From contig OX597830.1 in NCBI GenBank assembly GCA_951406725.2, forward strand, positions 53,134,001 through 53,198,000: DNA of 64,000 bases, written 5' to 3'. Origin of the DNA: Octopus vulgaris (Eukaryota). The translations under genes and the position numbers were made by a program. Shown piece by piece: positions 1 to 14,859 of this stretch (position 1 is its first letter; each line of letters opens with the position of its first letter). The notes under the pieces are model-generated. The model was not told the DNA's origin. It worked only from the letters and a program-made list of their open reading frames with translations, and made no database searches.

Positions 1-46
1 ACTGTGTGTAGTCATTTACAAACACACATACACACAGGCATATAGA

Positions 47-1293
47 TATGAGGGTGGGTCGAAAAGTTTCAAATGAAGGAGTGATGTTAGATCCGTGAAA
101 TTTTGCATGCATTAATTTCAACCTTTCTTAACTGCATTGTTTCTTTCCAGGTAAACTGACATCTGACTTCAAAAGTAACTAGTAGCAACGGCATTGTGGT
201 GTTATGAAGTACCTCCTGAAAAATTGTTTAACCCCCAACGACATTATTATTATGACCAGGTTCCAACCAAGCTGACATGGTTGCCACATTAAGGGATGAC
301 GCTCCTGCTTTATCAACAGTGTAAAAGAGAGTAGGTGAATTTAGAAGAGGAAGGGAGAGTCTTGAAAATCACCCGTGGTCTTGACATCCTGCAACTCCCA
401 CCACAAAGGGAGACATTGTGCTTAGCACATGGTGGTAGATGACAGGTGGTTAACTATAATCAAATAGCAAACGTTATTAGCATATCCCAGGAGATAATTG
501 AGAATACTCTGTTCAATGAACATGGCATGACAAAGGTTTCTGCTTGGTGGGTGCCATGTCTTCTGACACCAAATTAAAAACACACCAGGGTGATCACATC
601 ACAAAATCTGAAACTGATTGAAGCAGGCACAACTGGTTTCCTTGAAAATTTCCTGAGCCAGGATGAATATTGGGTTCATCACTTTGAATTAGAGACAAAG
701 TGACAATCCATGCAGAGAAAACACCCCTCCTCACCTACTCCAAAGTCATTTCACCTGCAGGGAAGGTGATGGCCTCAGTGTTTGGGGATTCAAAAGGCAC
801 TGTGTTTATTGACTATCTTCAAAAGAGTTACACCATCAATAGAGAGTACTATGCCAATTTGCTAAGGCAGCTACGAAAAGCTATCAAGTCCAAACACCTA
901 GGAAAATTGATGAAAGGGGTCTTATTTCATCAGGACAATGTTCCAGTACACAAGTCCTTGGTTTCCATGGCTGCTGTGCATGGCTGTGGCTTTGAATTGG
1001 TTGATCACCCTCCCTATTCTACTGATTTAGTCCCATCCGACTATCATCTGTTCCCCAACATGAAAAATACTTGGATGGGAACCAGCATCGCAGTGATGAC
1101 CTCATGTCAGCTGTTGCTGACTTTTTTGACCAACAGGATGAAAGCTTCTTCACCAATAGGATCCAAGCATTGCAACGCCAATGGAAGAAGTGTGTGGACA
1201 ACAAGGGGAACTATATTGAAAAATAAACCTCATTTGGTCATATTCCATGAGAATACCTTGGTCAGTCTATGAACTTTACAGCCAAGCCTTGTA
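47..1293 (+). mobile_element. Degenerate mariner (DD34D) transposon, family A copy 1
   Basis: Transposase remnants AGKVMASVF, HQDN, HPPYSTDLVPSDYHLF with stops and frameshifts. Ends TATGAGGGTGGGTCGAAAAGTT and AACTTTACAGCCAAGCCTTGTA form decayed TIRs. Confidence 0.9.
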
Positions 1294-2354
1294 GATATTT
1301 CAAGATGATGACTCAGTACAATGTAGAGTATATATTTATATATTTAAATGAAATACTTTCCAAGTTTATAAGTGTTTCAATATATTAGTATTTTCCAAAG
1401 GTAAGAAATAAAAAGAACAACACGTATATAGGTGTATCTCTGAAGCTATAATTCTTAAAAGTTATCTAACAAACGTATTTACACCTACGCTATAATGGAA
1501 AGAAAAAAATCTGCTGAAAACACACTAACACTTAATCCTATATGTAGATGAACAGAAATTTCAACTTAGTCATTATGTTATTCTCAGTTATAATATTTTT
1601 GAACAAAAATAGGCAAATAGACACGCCAATGTGGTTCAGAAGCTTACTTCCCAACCACGAGATATCAAGTTCACTCCTATTGCATGGCACCTTGAGTGAC
1701 AAAGGCTGATAAAATCTTTGTGTGTGGATTTCGTAAACAGAAACTGAAAGAAGCATGTTGTATATACACGTACATATGTGTGAGTGAATTCTTGTTGATG
1801 TCACACATGATGGTTGTAAGAAGCAGTCACATGAGCGATAGTTTTGCTTCCAGTATTTTGTGAAAAACATATCTGGCCATGAGGAAATACTATCTTGCTT
1901 GGACAAATGGGATGGTTGGTGACAGGAAGGGCATCTGGCCATAGGAAACCAGGACATTTTATCTAACCCAAGAGAACATAGAAAATTGGACATTAAATGA
2001 TGATGATGAGTGTTCCAGTTGGTCTGATCGATGGAACAGCCTGCTTGTGAAATTAACGTGCAAATAGTCTGAGCACTGCAGACACACATACCCTTAACTC
2101 AGTTCTCAGGTAGATTCAACATAACACAGAATACAATATGGCTGGCCCTTTGAAATACCAGTACAACACATTTTTGTCAACAGACTGGAGCAATGTAAAA
2201 TAAAATGTCTTGTTCAATGTGCTGCCAGGTATTGAACTTACAACCATACAATCATGAGCCAAATACCCTAACCACTAAGCCATGCACCTTCTCAATGATG
2301 AATACACACACACACACACTTCCAAATATTAGCATTTATATAAAACCAAACACA

Positions 2355-3631
2355 TACAAGGGACGTTCAAAAAGTAATGCCTCTGACCCACTTGCAGTTG
2401 TTTGATCTAGCTGAAATTTTGCATGTGCAATCATTTATATCTCTATAGAGTAAGTGGCAAATTAAAGCTCTGAATTAATTGTGGTTTCTGATTTACAGGT
2501 GTTTGAACCGAGTCAAGTGTGAAATGGAGCCTGTTGAGTGTCGAGCAGTGATCCGGTTTTTGTATTTGAAAGGACGCACACCACGGGAGACTTTTGATGA
2601 AATGAAAGTAACTTATGGTGATGATGCCCCATCATATGACCTTGTAAAACGCTGGCATCGTGAATTCAAACATGGTCGGAACTCTGTGGAAACAGCTCCC
2701 AGATCTGGTCGCCCCTTCTGCCATTGATGAGGCATCTGTCCGTCAAGTTGAGGCTGCCATTTTGGAAGATCGACGCATAATTATTCGCCAAATAGCCCAT
2801 GAGGTCAAGATTAGTACCGGGTCGGTGGAAACTATCATTCATGACCATTTGCATATGCAAAACGTGTCTGCCAGATGGATTCCCAGGTTGCTCACGCCTT
2901 TCCAGAAGCAAGAACGCGTCGAATGCTCGAGGGTGAATTTGGAGATGTGCCAAGAAGATGAGTCAAAATTTTTCAAAAGACTGATTACACAGGATGAAAC
3001 CTGGGTCCATCACAATGATCCAGAGACCAAAGCCCAGTCAATGCAGTGGAAGCACCGTGACTCACCCCCTCTAAAGAAGGCAAGGGTGCAGCGCTCCGCT
3101 GGCAAGGTCATGCTCAGTCTTCTGGGACCAGGATGGAGTAGTGATGACAGATTTCCTGGCAAAGGGTACCACAATTGCAGGAGCCTATTATGCTTCACTT
3201 TTGAGGAAATTAAGAGAAGTTATCAAAATCAAGAGGCGGGCAAGATCAGCAAAGGCATCCTCCTCCTGCAGGACAACGCTCCGGTCCACAACTCGCTTGT
3301 CGCCAGATCAGAAGCACAGCCGTATGGCTATGAACTCCTCCCCCATCCACCTACTTTCCTGACCTTGCACCTCTTCCCAGTCATGAAGTTGTTTTTGAAA
3401 GGAAAGCATTTCCCAGATGATGCAGCCTTGATTTCTGAAGTCATGTTCAGGTTGGAGGACCAAGCTGGGGTCTTCTACAAAAACGGTCTCCAGAGCTGCA
3501 TCAAACAATGGGAGAAATGCGTAACTCTGGGTGGTTCCTATGTAGAAAAAGACTAATAACTGTGCCAAGTTTCGTTGCTCTACTGCTATGGGAAGTGGAT
3601 CAGGGGCATTACTTATTGAACGCCTCTCGTA
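2355..3631 (+). mobile_element. Near-complete mariner transposon with about 39-bp TIRs and frameshifted transposase
   Basis: Left end TACAAGGGACGTTCAAAAAGTAATGCCTCTGACCCACTT matches the reverse complement of the right end. Motifs ARWIPRLL, ITQDETW, LQDNAP. ORF split across three frames, and the SPDLAPSD region is partly deleted. Confidence 0.95.
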
Positions 3632-4299
3632 TATGCACAACACAGGTCCTTTCACATGCAAGCAAATAAACACCTAATATAAAACACTGATGATGACGCT
3701 GCCAGCTTTTCAATATATTACCTCTCAATTTCATTGATGGATTTTCAATAGATGAGAGAGAGATCTACCTACATATATTCTCTCATTATTCTCTGGCTAT
3801 ATTAAAATAGTCAGTCTCTCTTCTCTCTCCTTAATCTTGACATTTAAAAAAAAAACTTTTGCTTGGGTGATAGAATCATAACAAAAATGGGTGTATTCAA
3901 GGTAAAAAGTTTAAGACAAAAAAAAAAACCCATCCAATATACTAATCACACATTAGTACTGCTATGTTCATTCAACATACAATCACACACATATATCTAT
4001 CTATAGTGCAAAGAGTATTTGAAGATAATTATCAGTATATTACTCTCTTCAAACAAATCAAAAGTTTTTTTCTTTCAAATCCCCCATGGCACATAAAATG
4101 CTGACACAAGAAATGAAAAGACATGCAGTCATTGTTACCATATACACAAAACAGCAATTTTAAAATTTCCCAACTTTCTAAATATTGCAAGATCTTTTGT
4201 ACAGAAAGTTCAAGTGGAATTGGAAGCTTCTGGCGGGTGTTTCAACTGTATCAGAGAGAGAAAGACAGTTTAAATATTTGAATACTAAAAGGACATCAC

Positions 4300-4510
4300 A
4301 ATCCATCCAATAAACTCAAGACTTTATTGATGATGACCCTGGAAAATCAATGAGGGCCACTGCCAGAGGACTTAAGGTGTCAGGGTGGATTATCAGAGCC
4401 TTGGTAGATGAAGACACTTGATACAAGTAGTATTCAGGAGAGGCCAGTTCATGCGTGTAAAGACACAGGAAAACTGTTTGATCCACGCCAAGGTTAAAAC
4501 TCCTCATGAA
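4300..4510 (+). mobile_element. Tc1/maT-like transposase HTH fragment
   Basis: Translates as IDDDPGKSMRATARGLKVSGWIIRALVDED, similar to the HTH region of the 18550-20055 element. Confidence 0.55.
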
Positions 4511-4789
4511 CATGGGTTAGTCAAAAGCAATAGAGAATCTGTCACCATAAATGTGTGTGTAAACATGCATGTATAATTAAGCATATATTTATGTGTATGA
4601 TATTGAGTTTCATGAGCTGTTTTCAATAGACACAGGTTTGCCCAAGGTACCACGCAGTAACATTGAACCTAAAACCATATGGTTGGAATGCAAACTTCTT
4701 AACCATACACCTACACTATACACACGCATGTGCGCATATTCGTACATACTTGTAACTAGTTATATATATATATATATATATAACTCATT

Positions 4790-6420
4790 GAGTCTGAAGG
4801 AGGGCCATGCCCATTGCCTTTGCAGGCCCCGAGTCTGGTGAGCTTCTTGTTAATGCTCTTGTGCAGATCAACACCTGCAGGGAAAGACATGAGAGAGGAC
4901 CAATGAGCTGGGGAGAAAGGACTGTGCATAATGGTTAGTGCAGATTCATGATGAAGATTCAAACAAGAGTGACTGAAAGGTGGTTAGGTGTGTCAGGGAT
5001 GACTAAGTAGTGGAGGTAGAAGGTCTGAGGAACAGAAGCCATTATTGTAGCATTAGAAAAGACAAAAGGAGGAGACAGTATGCCTTTGAATCAGAGGGAC
5101 GGAACATATCCATTCATAATCAAATGCTTATATCACATGACCATCTCTGAATGCACTCCAGGATGTGTGCATAGTAACACAGTATTATCCTAATGTGGAA
5201 GCAGTACACCAGTCTGAGCCTCAATGGTGCTTTGTAGAGTATCGGCAGTTGTTAAGGACTAAAACTTTTTATGGATCTGAAGATAAGACTAGTCTTTTGA
5301 GATGTGGTCCTAGCAATGTTAAGGATGTACCTTCAGTTGGAGATAGTAAGGCTCGATATTGGAGCGATTGTGACAGCTGCAGTTGAGCCCCACCCATGTT
5401 CAGTGAAGTGTGGTGGTGTTTTCCTGATATAAGTAGTGTCTTTTACTAACCATGAGGCATGGTTGGCAAGGCCAAGGTCTCCATTTACAGAATCAGTGCA
5501 GGCTTGGCAAACAGTATATAAACTGCATGTGGATGAGACATGGTTACTGAAATTTGAAGAGGAACGAAGTCTTATATGCATAAGAGTGGGTATTGTCAGG
5601 TGTAGTAACAATTAATTTTTTGATATATATAGAAAGAAGAAAGTGAGGAAGGGACAAAACCCAACCCTAAGAAATAACAGAGTTGACACATAGTTGGGAA
5701 GAAAGCTTTGTCAACACAAGATGCAATAATGTAATTAAATAAGAAGCTACCAATCTAAGAAATGAGTAAAACCCTTACATGAGAAGTTTCAATAAAAGAT
5801 TTGCATGTAAGACATGAGCAAAGGTTTTGTTAATGTCAAGAGCTCACACTTAAAAAGAAATGGTTTCAGTTACGCAGCTAGCAGTTTTTGAAGAATCAAA
5901 AGAGAAGCCACATGTGCTGCCAGGGATTAAGTGACACAAAACTGACAAAGGGCTGACCAGTCAGCTGATTTGAAGTGCTGTAGAGTCTAGAGTGAAGGAG
6001 GTACTGTACAGTGTGTGATAGCGTATTGCACAGTTTTGGTGAAACAGTGATCAGATGACTTGACCTGGGCAAAAACAGCCAGATTAATAGATGTAAGGTT
6101 TTGAGACAAGAGATAAGTTGAGTGTGCATGTGTCAGTGTGGAAGGTATGTAGAAAGTAAAACAAATTAACGTAAAGAGTTGAGAATGAGAAAGGATTCAG
6201 TTTCTGAACTGGTATCACAAATGAGAGTCATGTGTAGTTGCCTAACATTTCACCTCTTCCTAAAGCTACCAAAAATGATGACCCAAAGGAGAAGTGAAAT
6301 AGATGTTCTCAATACAAGAGGAAATATGGTTCAAGGGTTACTGTTGGTTCGAGGAAGGAAACACACACATGGGGACACACAATTATCATCAGTTTCTATG
6401 CTAGGATGGGTCTGATGGGT
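4790..6420 (-). mobile_element. Heavily decayed non-LTR retrotransposon (LINE) remnant
   Basis: Minus-strand remnants resembling the RT LDxxKAFD motif (near 5120-5140) and a LINE ORF2 C-terminus (near 4850-5080). No intact ORF; boundaries approximate. Confidence 0.5.
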
Positions 6421-9400
6421 TGCCATGGTCAGAGTCACCACAATTGGGAGTAATACTGACCTAAACAAGTGAGATGACTGCATCTTGCTTGTCAATTTCA
6501 TATTTGGCTGGGTGTCTACTGCCAGATGTCCTTAATACCAACCAATTTACAGAGTGAGATGTATGAATGATAAAAGTGATGAATAATAGGGGCTAATCAG
6601 TATTCTGAAACCTATTCATAGAAACAAAGTAATCAAGAAAGTGGAGAAAAAAACAGGGTGAAACAATTGAGGAAATAAAATGACAGAGGAAGAGGCAGAA
6701 TGTGCAAGAGAAACCAGCAAGAGCATAATGGTAGACAGAGTGAATGGGGGTAATGACTGTCAGTACAGGAAGGGTAAAGAATAGAAGACACAACATGCCC
6801 AATGTTCTCTTATATAGACCATGAAATGACTTTACTACCATTCTTGTGACTTTCAACTGCACTGTTGGCCAGCCCTTCAATATTTTCTGCAAAATGCAAT
6901 ATTCTATAGTGAAAGTCCACTTCTCAAATAACATGCAGAATTTCAATTCATACACATGCATTACACATACTGCCCTTAGGGAACCATCCAAATATTTTAG
7001 GTAGACTATTCCCTGTGAGTTCTTAATACTCCCCATGCACCTGCCACATATGAAATCTACTTTCTTAGTCAGCTTGTGATCCTACTGCATCTTCTATGTA
7101 TTCATAGTTCACACGAAATACGCACTATGAATATATGGAATTCCTACAAACTCCTTTTCTGAGCAGGACCATTTTCCAGATGGAAGAATTCTATTTTCTC
7201 CCCAACTTACTAATATTTTAGTTTACTAAGTTAACTTTAATGCCTTTCAATACTAGATTTTGCTCCTTTATCTGAAATTTCTTCTCTAGAGTCACTACTG
7301 GTTCATCTGCAGCACACAGAGGTTCCCAGGGGCATCCAGTCTTAAAACTCCTGTTACAGTTTGGAGGACCACAATGAACAGAGAGATTTGAGGACAACCA
7401 TTGCTCACTTTGCTGAGAGCACCTCTATAAATTTGTCTGATGCTTTTCCTGACTTGTGTTTATCTTGGTGGAAGACAATCAGGAGGCTAGCTAGCTTCCT
7501 AAGTCAGTGTTGCAATTGGTTAGGTTATTCACATCACAAAACTCAATGAATCTTGACCTCACCTCTTGATCCAGTGTACCAAAACCATATTCTTCATACA
7601 TAACTGAGATGACATAAATGCAAATAGCAATAAGATTACCGTCACCAGTTTCAAACATGATCTGCAGAAGGGTCTCAGATCTCAAAAAAAGTCGTACTGT
7701 TAGTCATGAGATATCACTGTCAAATTATCCAAGCCTAAGCCTAATTAGCCCATTGCATACACTATCTGCATTATGTTATCTATCAATTTCTCTGTTCATA
7801 ATATTCCTGCTTCACCTACACCATTCCTGCTACCCTTCCAAAAGAATTAATAGCTTTGTTTATTGTCTGTGAGTTAATTTGGTGTGCAAAAAGTGATGGT
7901 GGGCTCACTTTTTACACACCACATTTATCAACTCTCCTCTTTTCTAACATCTCTATAATCTCTCATGACCTCTCTCTTATTGAGCAAATATTAATGGTGA
8001 CAGGAAATTATGACCAAAAAGGAAGAGAAAGAGTATTTTCAAAGGGGATTCCTCTAGTCAGTGCCTGCTGTCTGTAGTAAATGATCATCAAGAAGCAATT
8101 AGAAGGATGCTATCTTGTTGTTATGCTATCAACACACACCAATAAATCACTATGACAAAGCATACAATCATCAATAATAAATATATAAGGAGTGTGTGGA
8201 CAGGTGATGAATGCCATGAAGAGTAAACTTTGCTTCATGTACATTGTTGTTAACAATAACATATATAGAAAAGTTTGTGTAGGTAAATATATATATATAT
8301 ATACATACATACATATAATATATGGGTGAAAATAAACATTAAGTCTAAGAACAGGATAGCATCTAAAGGAATTTCCATAGTGTGGCAGCAGAGATGGTTG
8401 TAGTTTCCAAAGGAATGCACTGGGCAAAGTATATCAGAAATGGTAGTGGAGGAAGTAGGGTGGGTAGATGTACATCATAGGTAATTTGATAAGAAGAAAA
8501 GCCCAGCTAAATGAATATGCAACAGTAATAAATTACAAATAAGAATGAAAAAGAATTTAATAGATAAATATAAAAGAATGTTGTTATGGCGACTGTCAAA
8601 CAGAGGAATCTCAAAATCAAAGAGGTGCAAATGTTCATTGAACATTTGTTCAGAAGTAGAGAAATTATTTCAACCAAGACTGAAAGGAAGTCATCTTTGT
8701 AAAAGATGATTACACACTGAGGTGCAGATGTAAACAGAGAAGTATGATGATTATACCTGGCTGAATGGCATAGTTTTGTTTTAATAACAATTGAAAATAT
8801 GGGCCATATATGTATACACACAACTCTTTAACAAACAGACAAAAGTCAGAGTGTGACTGAGGGTCAGAAACAGGTGTCTTGCTGTAGAGGAGATAAAGGT
8901 CACACTAACTGCAGCTGCAAGTTAAAAATTAAGTTTCAGTAAACCATATACTCTACAATATGTATTGCACTCCTCTCTCGGTTTACTTGGTAGCAATTTA
9001 ATCATCATTATCACCATTTTTTCTTCCATGCTTGCATGAACCAGACAATTTGTTGAAGCAGATTTTCTATGACCAGATACCCTTCCTGTTCCAACCCTCA
9101 CCTGTTCTAAGCAAGGTAATGCTTCGTCATGCGCAGACACATTTTCTTGGAAGTGTGGAAACACATGAAACCATTTCTATGATAGCAACACTTGTATGCA
9201 ACTACCATATGTCAACACAAGGAAGCTAAACACACTCACACATACACAGACATATATATATTGTTTTATAAGTTTCTTTCAGTTTCTGGTTACTTTACTC
9301 AGCCTAGGGCTATACAAAACACTTGCCCATGGTGCCACACAGTGGGAAGGAACCTAAAACCACATGGTTGGGGATCTAATTTCTTAACCACACAATCATG

Positions 9401-9599
9401 CTTTTCAAACACATACACACACACACAATGATGGACTGTCGTTACTTTGATGAGTGATGGGTCAGCAAACCATGGAGGTCTGCAGGGAAACAACCATTCC
9501 CCCCTATGGCTGCCTGCATGCAGGGTCAAAGCTGAAAACTTCCAGTAGCATCCTCTACCTGTTACTAGCTCTTTCCCTAGCACCACTGGAGTTAGATGA

Positions 9600-9900
9600 C
9601 ATATTTTGTAGTAGTGCTGGTAGCCATTCTGGAAGTACAGTAACCAAGTGAAGAACAGGTTTGAAAAGTTCAGGAAACTTAGCTCTACTGGCAATAAAGG
9701 TCTTCTCTTTCAGTGAGAAGGGCCAATTGTATGATGCCTTGAATGCAGAAGGCTTACAAAATTAGAAAGAAATGAAGTATTCACCAAATGGATGTGAAAT
9801 GTCAGTGTGCATGACTGCTAGATTACAACTGAGTGAGAAGTAGGAATAAGAGGAACCACATACGGTGTGCAGGACAGACAGCTGGGCTAGTACAGGTATT
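9600..9900 (+). mobile_element. RTE-type LINE ORF 3' remnant
   Basis: Decayed fragments resembling the KKFREL..KG.LYDA segment that follows the RT domain of RTE elements. Confidence 0.45.
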
Positions 9901-11625
9901 GTCTCACACAACTGCTACAGCATTACTGCTGATAGCTTAAAAATAGCTCAATCATTTAAATGTGGATGTAATATATCACTGAAAAGGAGTTGGCAAATGA
10001 GTTAAGATAACCAGCCACAAAAGACATGCCAAACTTTAAAATATTCAAGCAAGACATGCCTTCCCTTATTGTCTATAAGAGCAATGACACTGAATAAAAG
10101 CTAACTCAGACCATAATGACATGTCCAATCCATACCAGCATGGGAACTTTGTTCTTTCACATGTAAATCCAAAATACAACATAAAATATAAACCAAAACC
10201 ACTCTATTGATATTTTCAAGGTACAAATCAACAGTGTTATTGATAACATCACAGTGACAAGAGGCATAATATATTATAAAGCAATGTTAACTAAAACAGT
10301 GAATTTAACTTTAGTTGATTTTTTTCTTTTAAGAAAAAAATATCTTTGTTGATCTAATGTTAGACACACTGGTAAAACAGGAAAATAGTATAATTTGAAA
10401 CACATTTCTCACAATTAGCTATATAACAACTCAGTCCTTTTTTTTTCTGTTTTTTTTGCATATTGCTCTGAAATTAATAAACATTCTCAGGCAACGTGGG
10501 TTAAATTATATATTGAATTTTCAGAGTAATATGAAAAGGCATTTCTAGTTTTGAAAATAGGCCAACCCTTGAAATTAAATTCAGAACTTTAAAAACAAAA
10601 AATTGAGTTAAAAAAACTTACACACTCCATATTTATTGACATATCTGTAATCTTGTGACCCTTCCCTGTCCTTTTTAAGAGTTCATGTATAGCTTTCCCT
10701 TTTAAGGATTAAATGTTTTACCAGGACCTTTTCCCGGTTTAGTCCTGTAAGGGAGTTTGATGAGAATTTATAGAGACTTCATTTTGCAGCTCAAAAGCTG
10801 AGACACATGGTATAACATTCTCCCTACTCCTATATTTGTCTCAAAGTCTTTGAAGTTCCAAAATGTCAATTTGCTTTGATCTTTAAATTGCATTATTGAT
10901 TAAATTCAAAATGTATTCCCTTTACCTACTCTAGTCTATAATTTCTTGAAGGATTGAAACTATTGTTCAAACTTGCTGTTTTTTTTGATGTCCTGGACTA
11001 CATTTGTTTTGTAAGACAGCAGAAAATATAATGTAAGGGAAATATGGTTTCTATTCCTAGTAATTCAAGCAACTGCTCAGAGGAAGAGCCCTCACTGGCT
11101 ACTTACTGTGTAGAGATTCCTTTAGTTGTTGCATAGGATCCATTAGAGGATCTCCTCACTGACTATCATGCATAGGGCCCAGTTGGCTCTGACCAAGGAG
11201 ATCTATGATAAAATGTATTTCAGTAATGATTGTCCTTTCATTTTGTATATTAGGACTACATTTTCATTATGTCTTTCAAGCATCTTGAGACTGTCAGTGT
11301 TATGATTTGAGGGGGATGTGGTTGTTATTTCTAGCTATTTGAACAACTGTTCAGAGGCTTTCTTATTAGTTTGTGACTCTTGTAGATTTTTAGTTGCACA
11401 TCAATGATTGACCAAAATTATGATCAAAAACTATCACATCACTTTCTGAGACAGTGAACTGAGAACCACAGGATCCAAAGAATATCCCCTATTCAGGTAG
11501 GACATGGACACACACACATGTGTGTGTGTGTGTATTTACATATATGATAATGTAGGTTTTGTTCTTATTTAGCTGAGTTTAGGCCCTAACAGATTAGATC
11601 TATAACTAAAGAGAGTACAAGCATA

Positions 11626-11665
<40 letters not shown>

Positions 11666-11791
11666 CACACACACACACACACAAAATAACATCCAATTAA
11701 TCCAGTATGCAATACTCTAGCAGACTCAAATGTTTGGTATTTCTAATTTTTCTCTTTGAGAACCATCACAGACCAATGGTATTGTCCACAT

Positions 11792-12025
11792 AAGGTGGCG
11801 AGCTGGCAGAAACGCTAGCACGCCAGGCGAAATGCTTTGTAGTATTTCATCTGCCCTTTACGTTCTGAGTTCAAATTCCGCCAAGGTTGACTTTACCTTT
11901 CATCCTTTCAGGGTCGATAAATTAAGCACCAGTTACGCACTGGGGTCGATGTAATTGACTTAATCTGTTTGTCTGTCCTTGTTTGTCCCCTCTGTGTTTA
12001 GCCCCTTGTGGGTAGTAAAGAAATA
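11792..12025 (+). mobile_element. tRNA-derived SINE (family S1) with 14-16 bp TSD
   Basis: A-box-like TGGCAGAAACG and B-box GAGTTCAAATTCC. Flanked by GGTATTGTCCACAT(AA) at 11778 and 12026. Homologous to copies at 19347, 35868 and 31944. Confidence 0.92.
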
Positions 12026-13779
12026 GGTATTGTCCACATAATTAATGAAAACGTCTTCCAATGTTAACAAGAACAACCAATCTGGGAAAGGTGTGAAAGC
12101 CCATTACACCCAGTAATTGAAATCATACTGCATTGGAAGACAGTTGGAAAACAAGAAGGCTTCTCTACAGGAATATCACATTCAACAATTTATGACATTA
12201 AGAAACAAAATGACGTAATATATTTTGTTGCTGCTTTAGAGACAAGTAAAAGGTGTTAATGCACAGGAAACATTAAAAAAAATTAAGAGCTTCAGAACTA
12301 TAAGCAGTTATATTCAAGTGATTTAGTGCAAAATGTTCAGAGAATATGCTGATTGCAAGATCAAAGGTCATTGGAAACAAGCAAATTACACGAAAATATG
12401 GTCATCATAGTGACTTGAGCATTTTACCAAGAGATGTTCAGGAACTTTAAAATATAGCATGGCATCTATAAAACTTGATCTGGCAGCTGGTAGATACTGA
12501 GACTGTTGAAAAACAGATAAATATGGATAACCTCCTTAAAGAGTATTATTTTGCTGGTTTTTAAAGATGAGTTTCAACATCCTAGCACATTTGATAATCT
12601 GGCACTACTCACATCCTAAATGTGCCAGATAAGCAGAACTGTATAATATGTATATGATAGTTGTCCTATCCACTTTTCCATACTTGCATGGGTCAGATGT
12701 AATTGAGGCACATTTTTTTAGTGCCAGATGCCCTTTCTATCACCCAACTTCACTTGTTTCCAAATAAGGTAATACTTCCCATGGCCTGACATGGAAGACT
12801 GGAAATGAACAACATTGCTTGTATGATAACTCATAACCATCATGTGATGTCAAAACAAGGGCACACGCAGACACACATATGGAGTTTCAGTTCCCATCTA
12901 CGAAATCCACTGAGAAAAGTGTCTCCCTGGAAGAGTCTATAACAGAAGACACTTACCCAAGGTGCTGTGCAGTGGAAGTGAACCCAAAACCATAGAGTTG
13001 GGAAGCAAGCCATACAACAGTTGAAACACACAAACTCTCCTGTTGGTTTTGAGGTATGTGCATCCAGTTGCTCGATCAGTAAACAACCCACTCACTAGAT
13101 TAACATACAAACTGATTGTGTAGTCAACATACGTGTGTATCTCGCCATGTAATTTTGAAATAGCATTAGTGTGACATGATTGGACATTTTCATTACAAGT
13201 GCAGCCCATCTGACAAGTTATCCAATTACATTTGCAAGGCTTAGGAAAATGCTACAAAGTGAAATCAAACTTAAGACCTCATGATTGCAAGGATATTTAA
13301 TCTCTCAGTCATACTTCCATCTATAATACACACACAAGTGTGTGTGCATGTGTCTATGAACCCCCACCATCACTTGACAACCAGTGTTGCTTTGTTTACA
13401 TTCTTGTGACTTAGAGGTCTCAAATAAGAAAAAAATTGCATAAAGTATGTATTTTTGTGAGTGTCTGTATGTAAATGCATTTTCAGAATGTCTGTGCATC
13501 TGTCACCCTCTGTCTCATTTCAGCTAGAATGTGTGCGTGAAAATCCCTTTGGATATAATGTTTCATTTTGTGCATCTCCATTAATCTTTGGCTAATGTAT
13601 ACCAACACAAGACAGAGTGATTTGAACATGACCAGGTTACTTTTTAAAGCAGGTCTAAAAAGTTAGTTATGGTAGCAAACACATCACTTGTGATTTGTTG
13701 AAATGTTATTACATGAAATACGAGGTGGCAAGTGATTTGATTAGTTAAAAGAAAATTTAGAGAATCATCCATCGAGTAA

Positions 13780-14700
13780 ACGGGTTTTCTTTGGCAGGGT
13801 CTGTATGAAGAGTCAGTGCCCAGAACGTTTATAGGCCCACCTGATAAGGTTGATTGCTGTTAATGTTCTACTTAAACTGTTTCAAGTTGACACTTGCAGG
13901 AAAAGCATGATGGCCTATGTTCAAGGAAGGACTGGGCGTAATAGTTAATGAGGAACATGGGAAGGGACATAATGTGAATGATGAATGGAGGAGTGATGAG
14001 TAACTTAAGCATACATGAATGGAGATAGAACAAGAGCAGCCAACTTCAAGGAGCAGAGGCCATAAAAGTAGAAAAAAGCAGAGAGAGCAGATAACAGCTG
14101 TATAGCAGAGATTAGAGCATGTCTATAGCCTTTCTTTGGATATAGTTTAGGGTGTGTGTGTGTGTCAAAGCATTATACCAAGTGTAGGAGCAATACACTG
14201 TTGAGATTTCTACAGTATAAATAAGCATTGAGGGATTAAGTTTTGGTCATGAAAAATAATGTCAGTCTTTGAGATACAGTCCAAGCTATGTCAAAGATCT
14301 GCTTTTATCAGAAGGTCTGAACCCTAACTTCTGGAATAACTGTGAGCTCTCGAGTAGCATGTTGCTCATGTTTGAAGGAGCGTGTTGCAATGATGTCTTC
14401 TTGGTGAGTTGTGCTTGAATCTTTACACTGGTTTCCTATGGCCCCCACTGGAAGATACTTTCAAGGCGTTAATTTACAGTTTGTGGAATCATGGTTTTTA
14501 CGTGGATGATTGTGAGGTATAAAGAGTTGCATCATCTGTGTAAGAGCAGGAGTTGTTGAATATAATGTCAAATTGGCCAAAGATACAGAGAAGAGATTGA
14601 GGGTGGGGACAAAACCTGAGGCATGCCACAGTTGATAGAATGTGGGACAGAAAGAGTTCCGCCAACACACAGCAATAATATGATCTGATAGGAACCTTCC
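13780..14700 (-). mobile_element. Decayed LINE reverse transcriptase remnant
   Basis: Minus strand encodes SINCGMPQ..VLSP (GVPQGSVLSP-like) and SYTDDATL (YADD-like) near 14530-14640. Confidence 0.7.
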
Positions 14701-14859
14701 CTTACTCCCACACCACCAGTAACCTTATATTTCAATATATACAAGGTAGTCCAATTATGGGACCCAGTTTCAGTCTTCAGTTGAGCCATTTCAACTTCTG
14801 CACATGCACTGTACAAACAGAAGAAAGTCAAGACAAAAAAAAAGAGAATAATTTTAAAT

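Noticed and set aside
700-1272. 190-aa ORF as a SETMAR-like domesticated gene
   Set aside because: Part of a decayed mariner with upstream stops and a downstream frameshift; no SET domain or splice linkage.
11792-11890. tRNA-like A/B boxes as a tRNA gene
   Set aside because: They are the head of a multi-copy SINE with TSDs; no complete cloverleaf.
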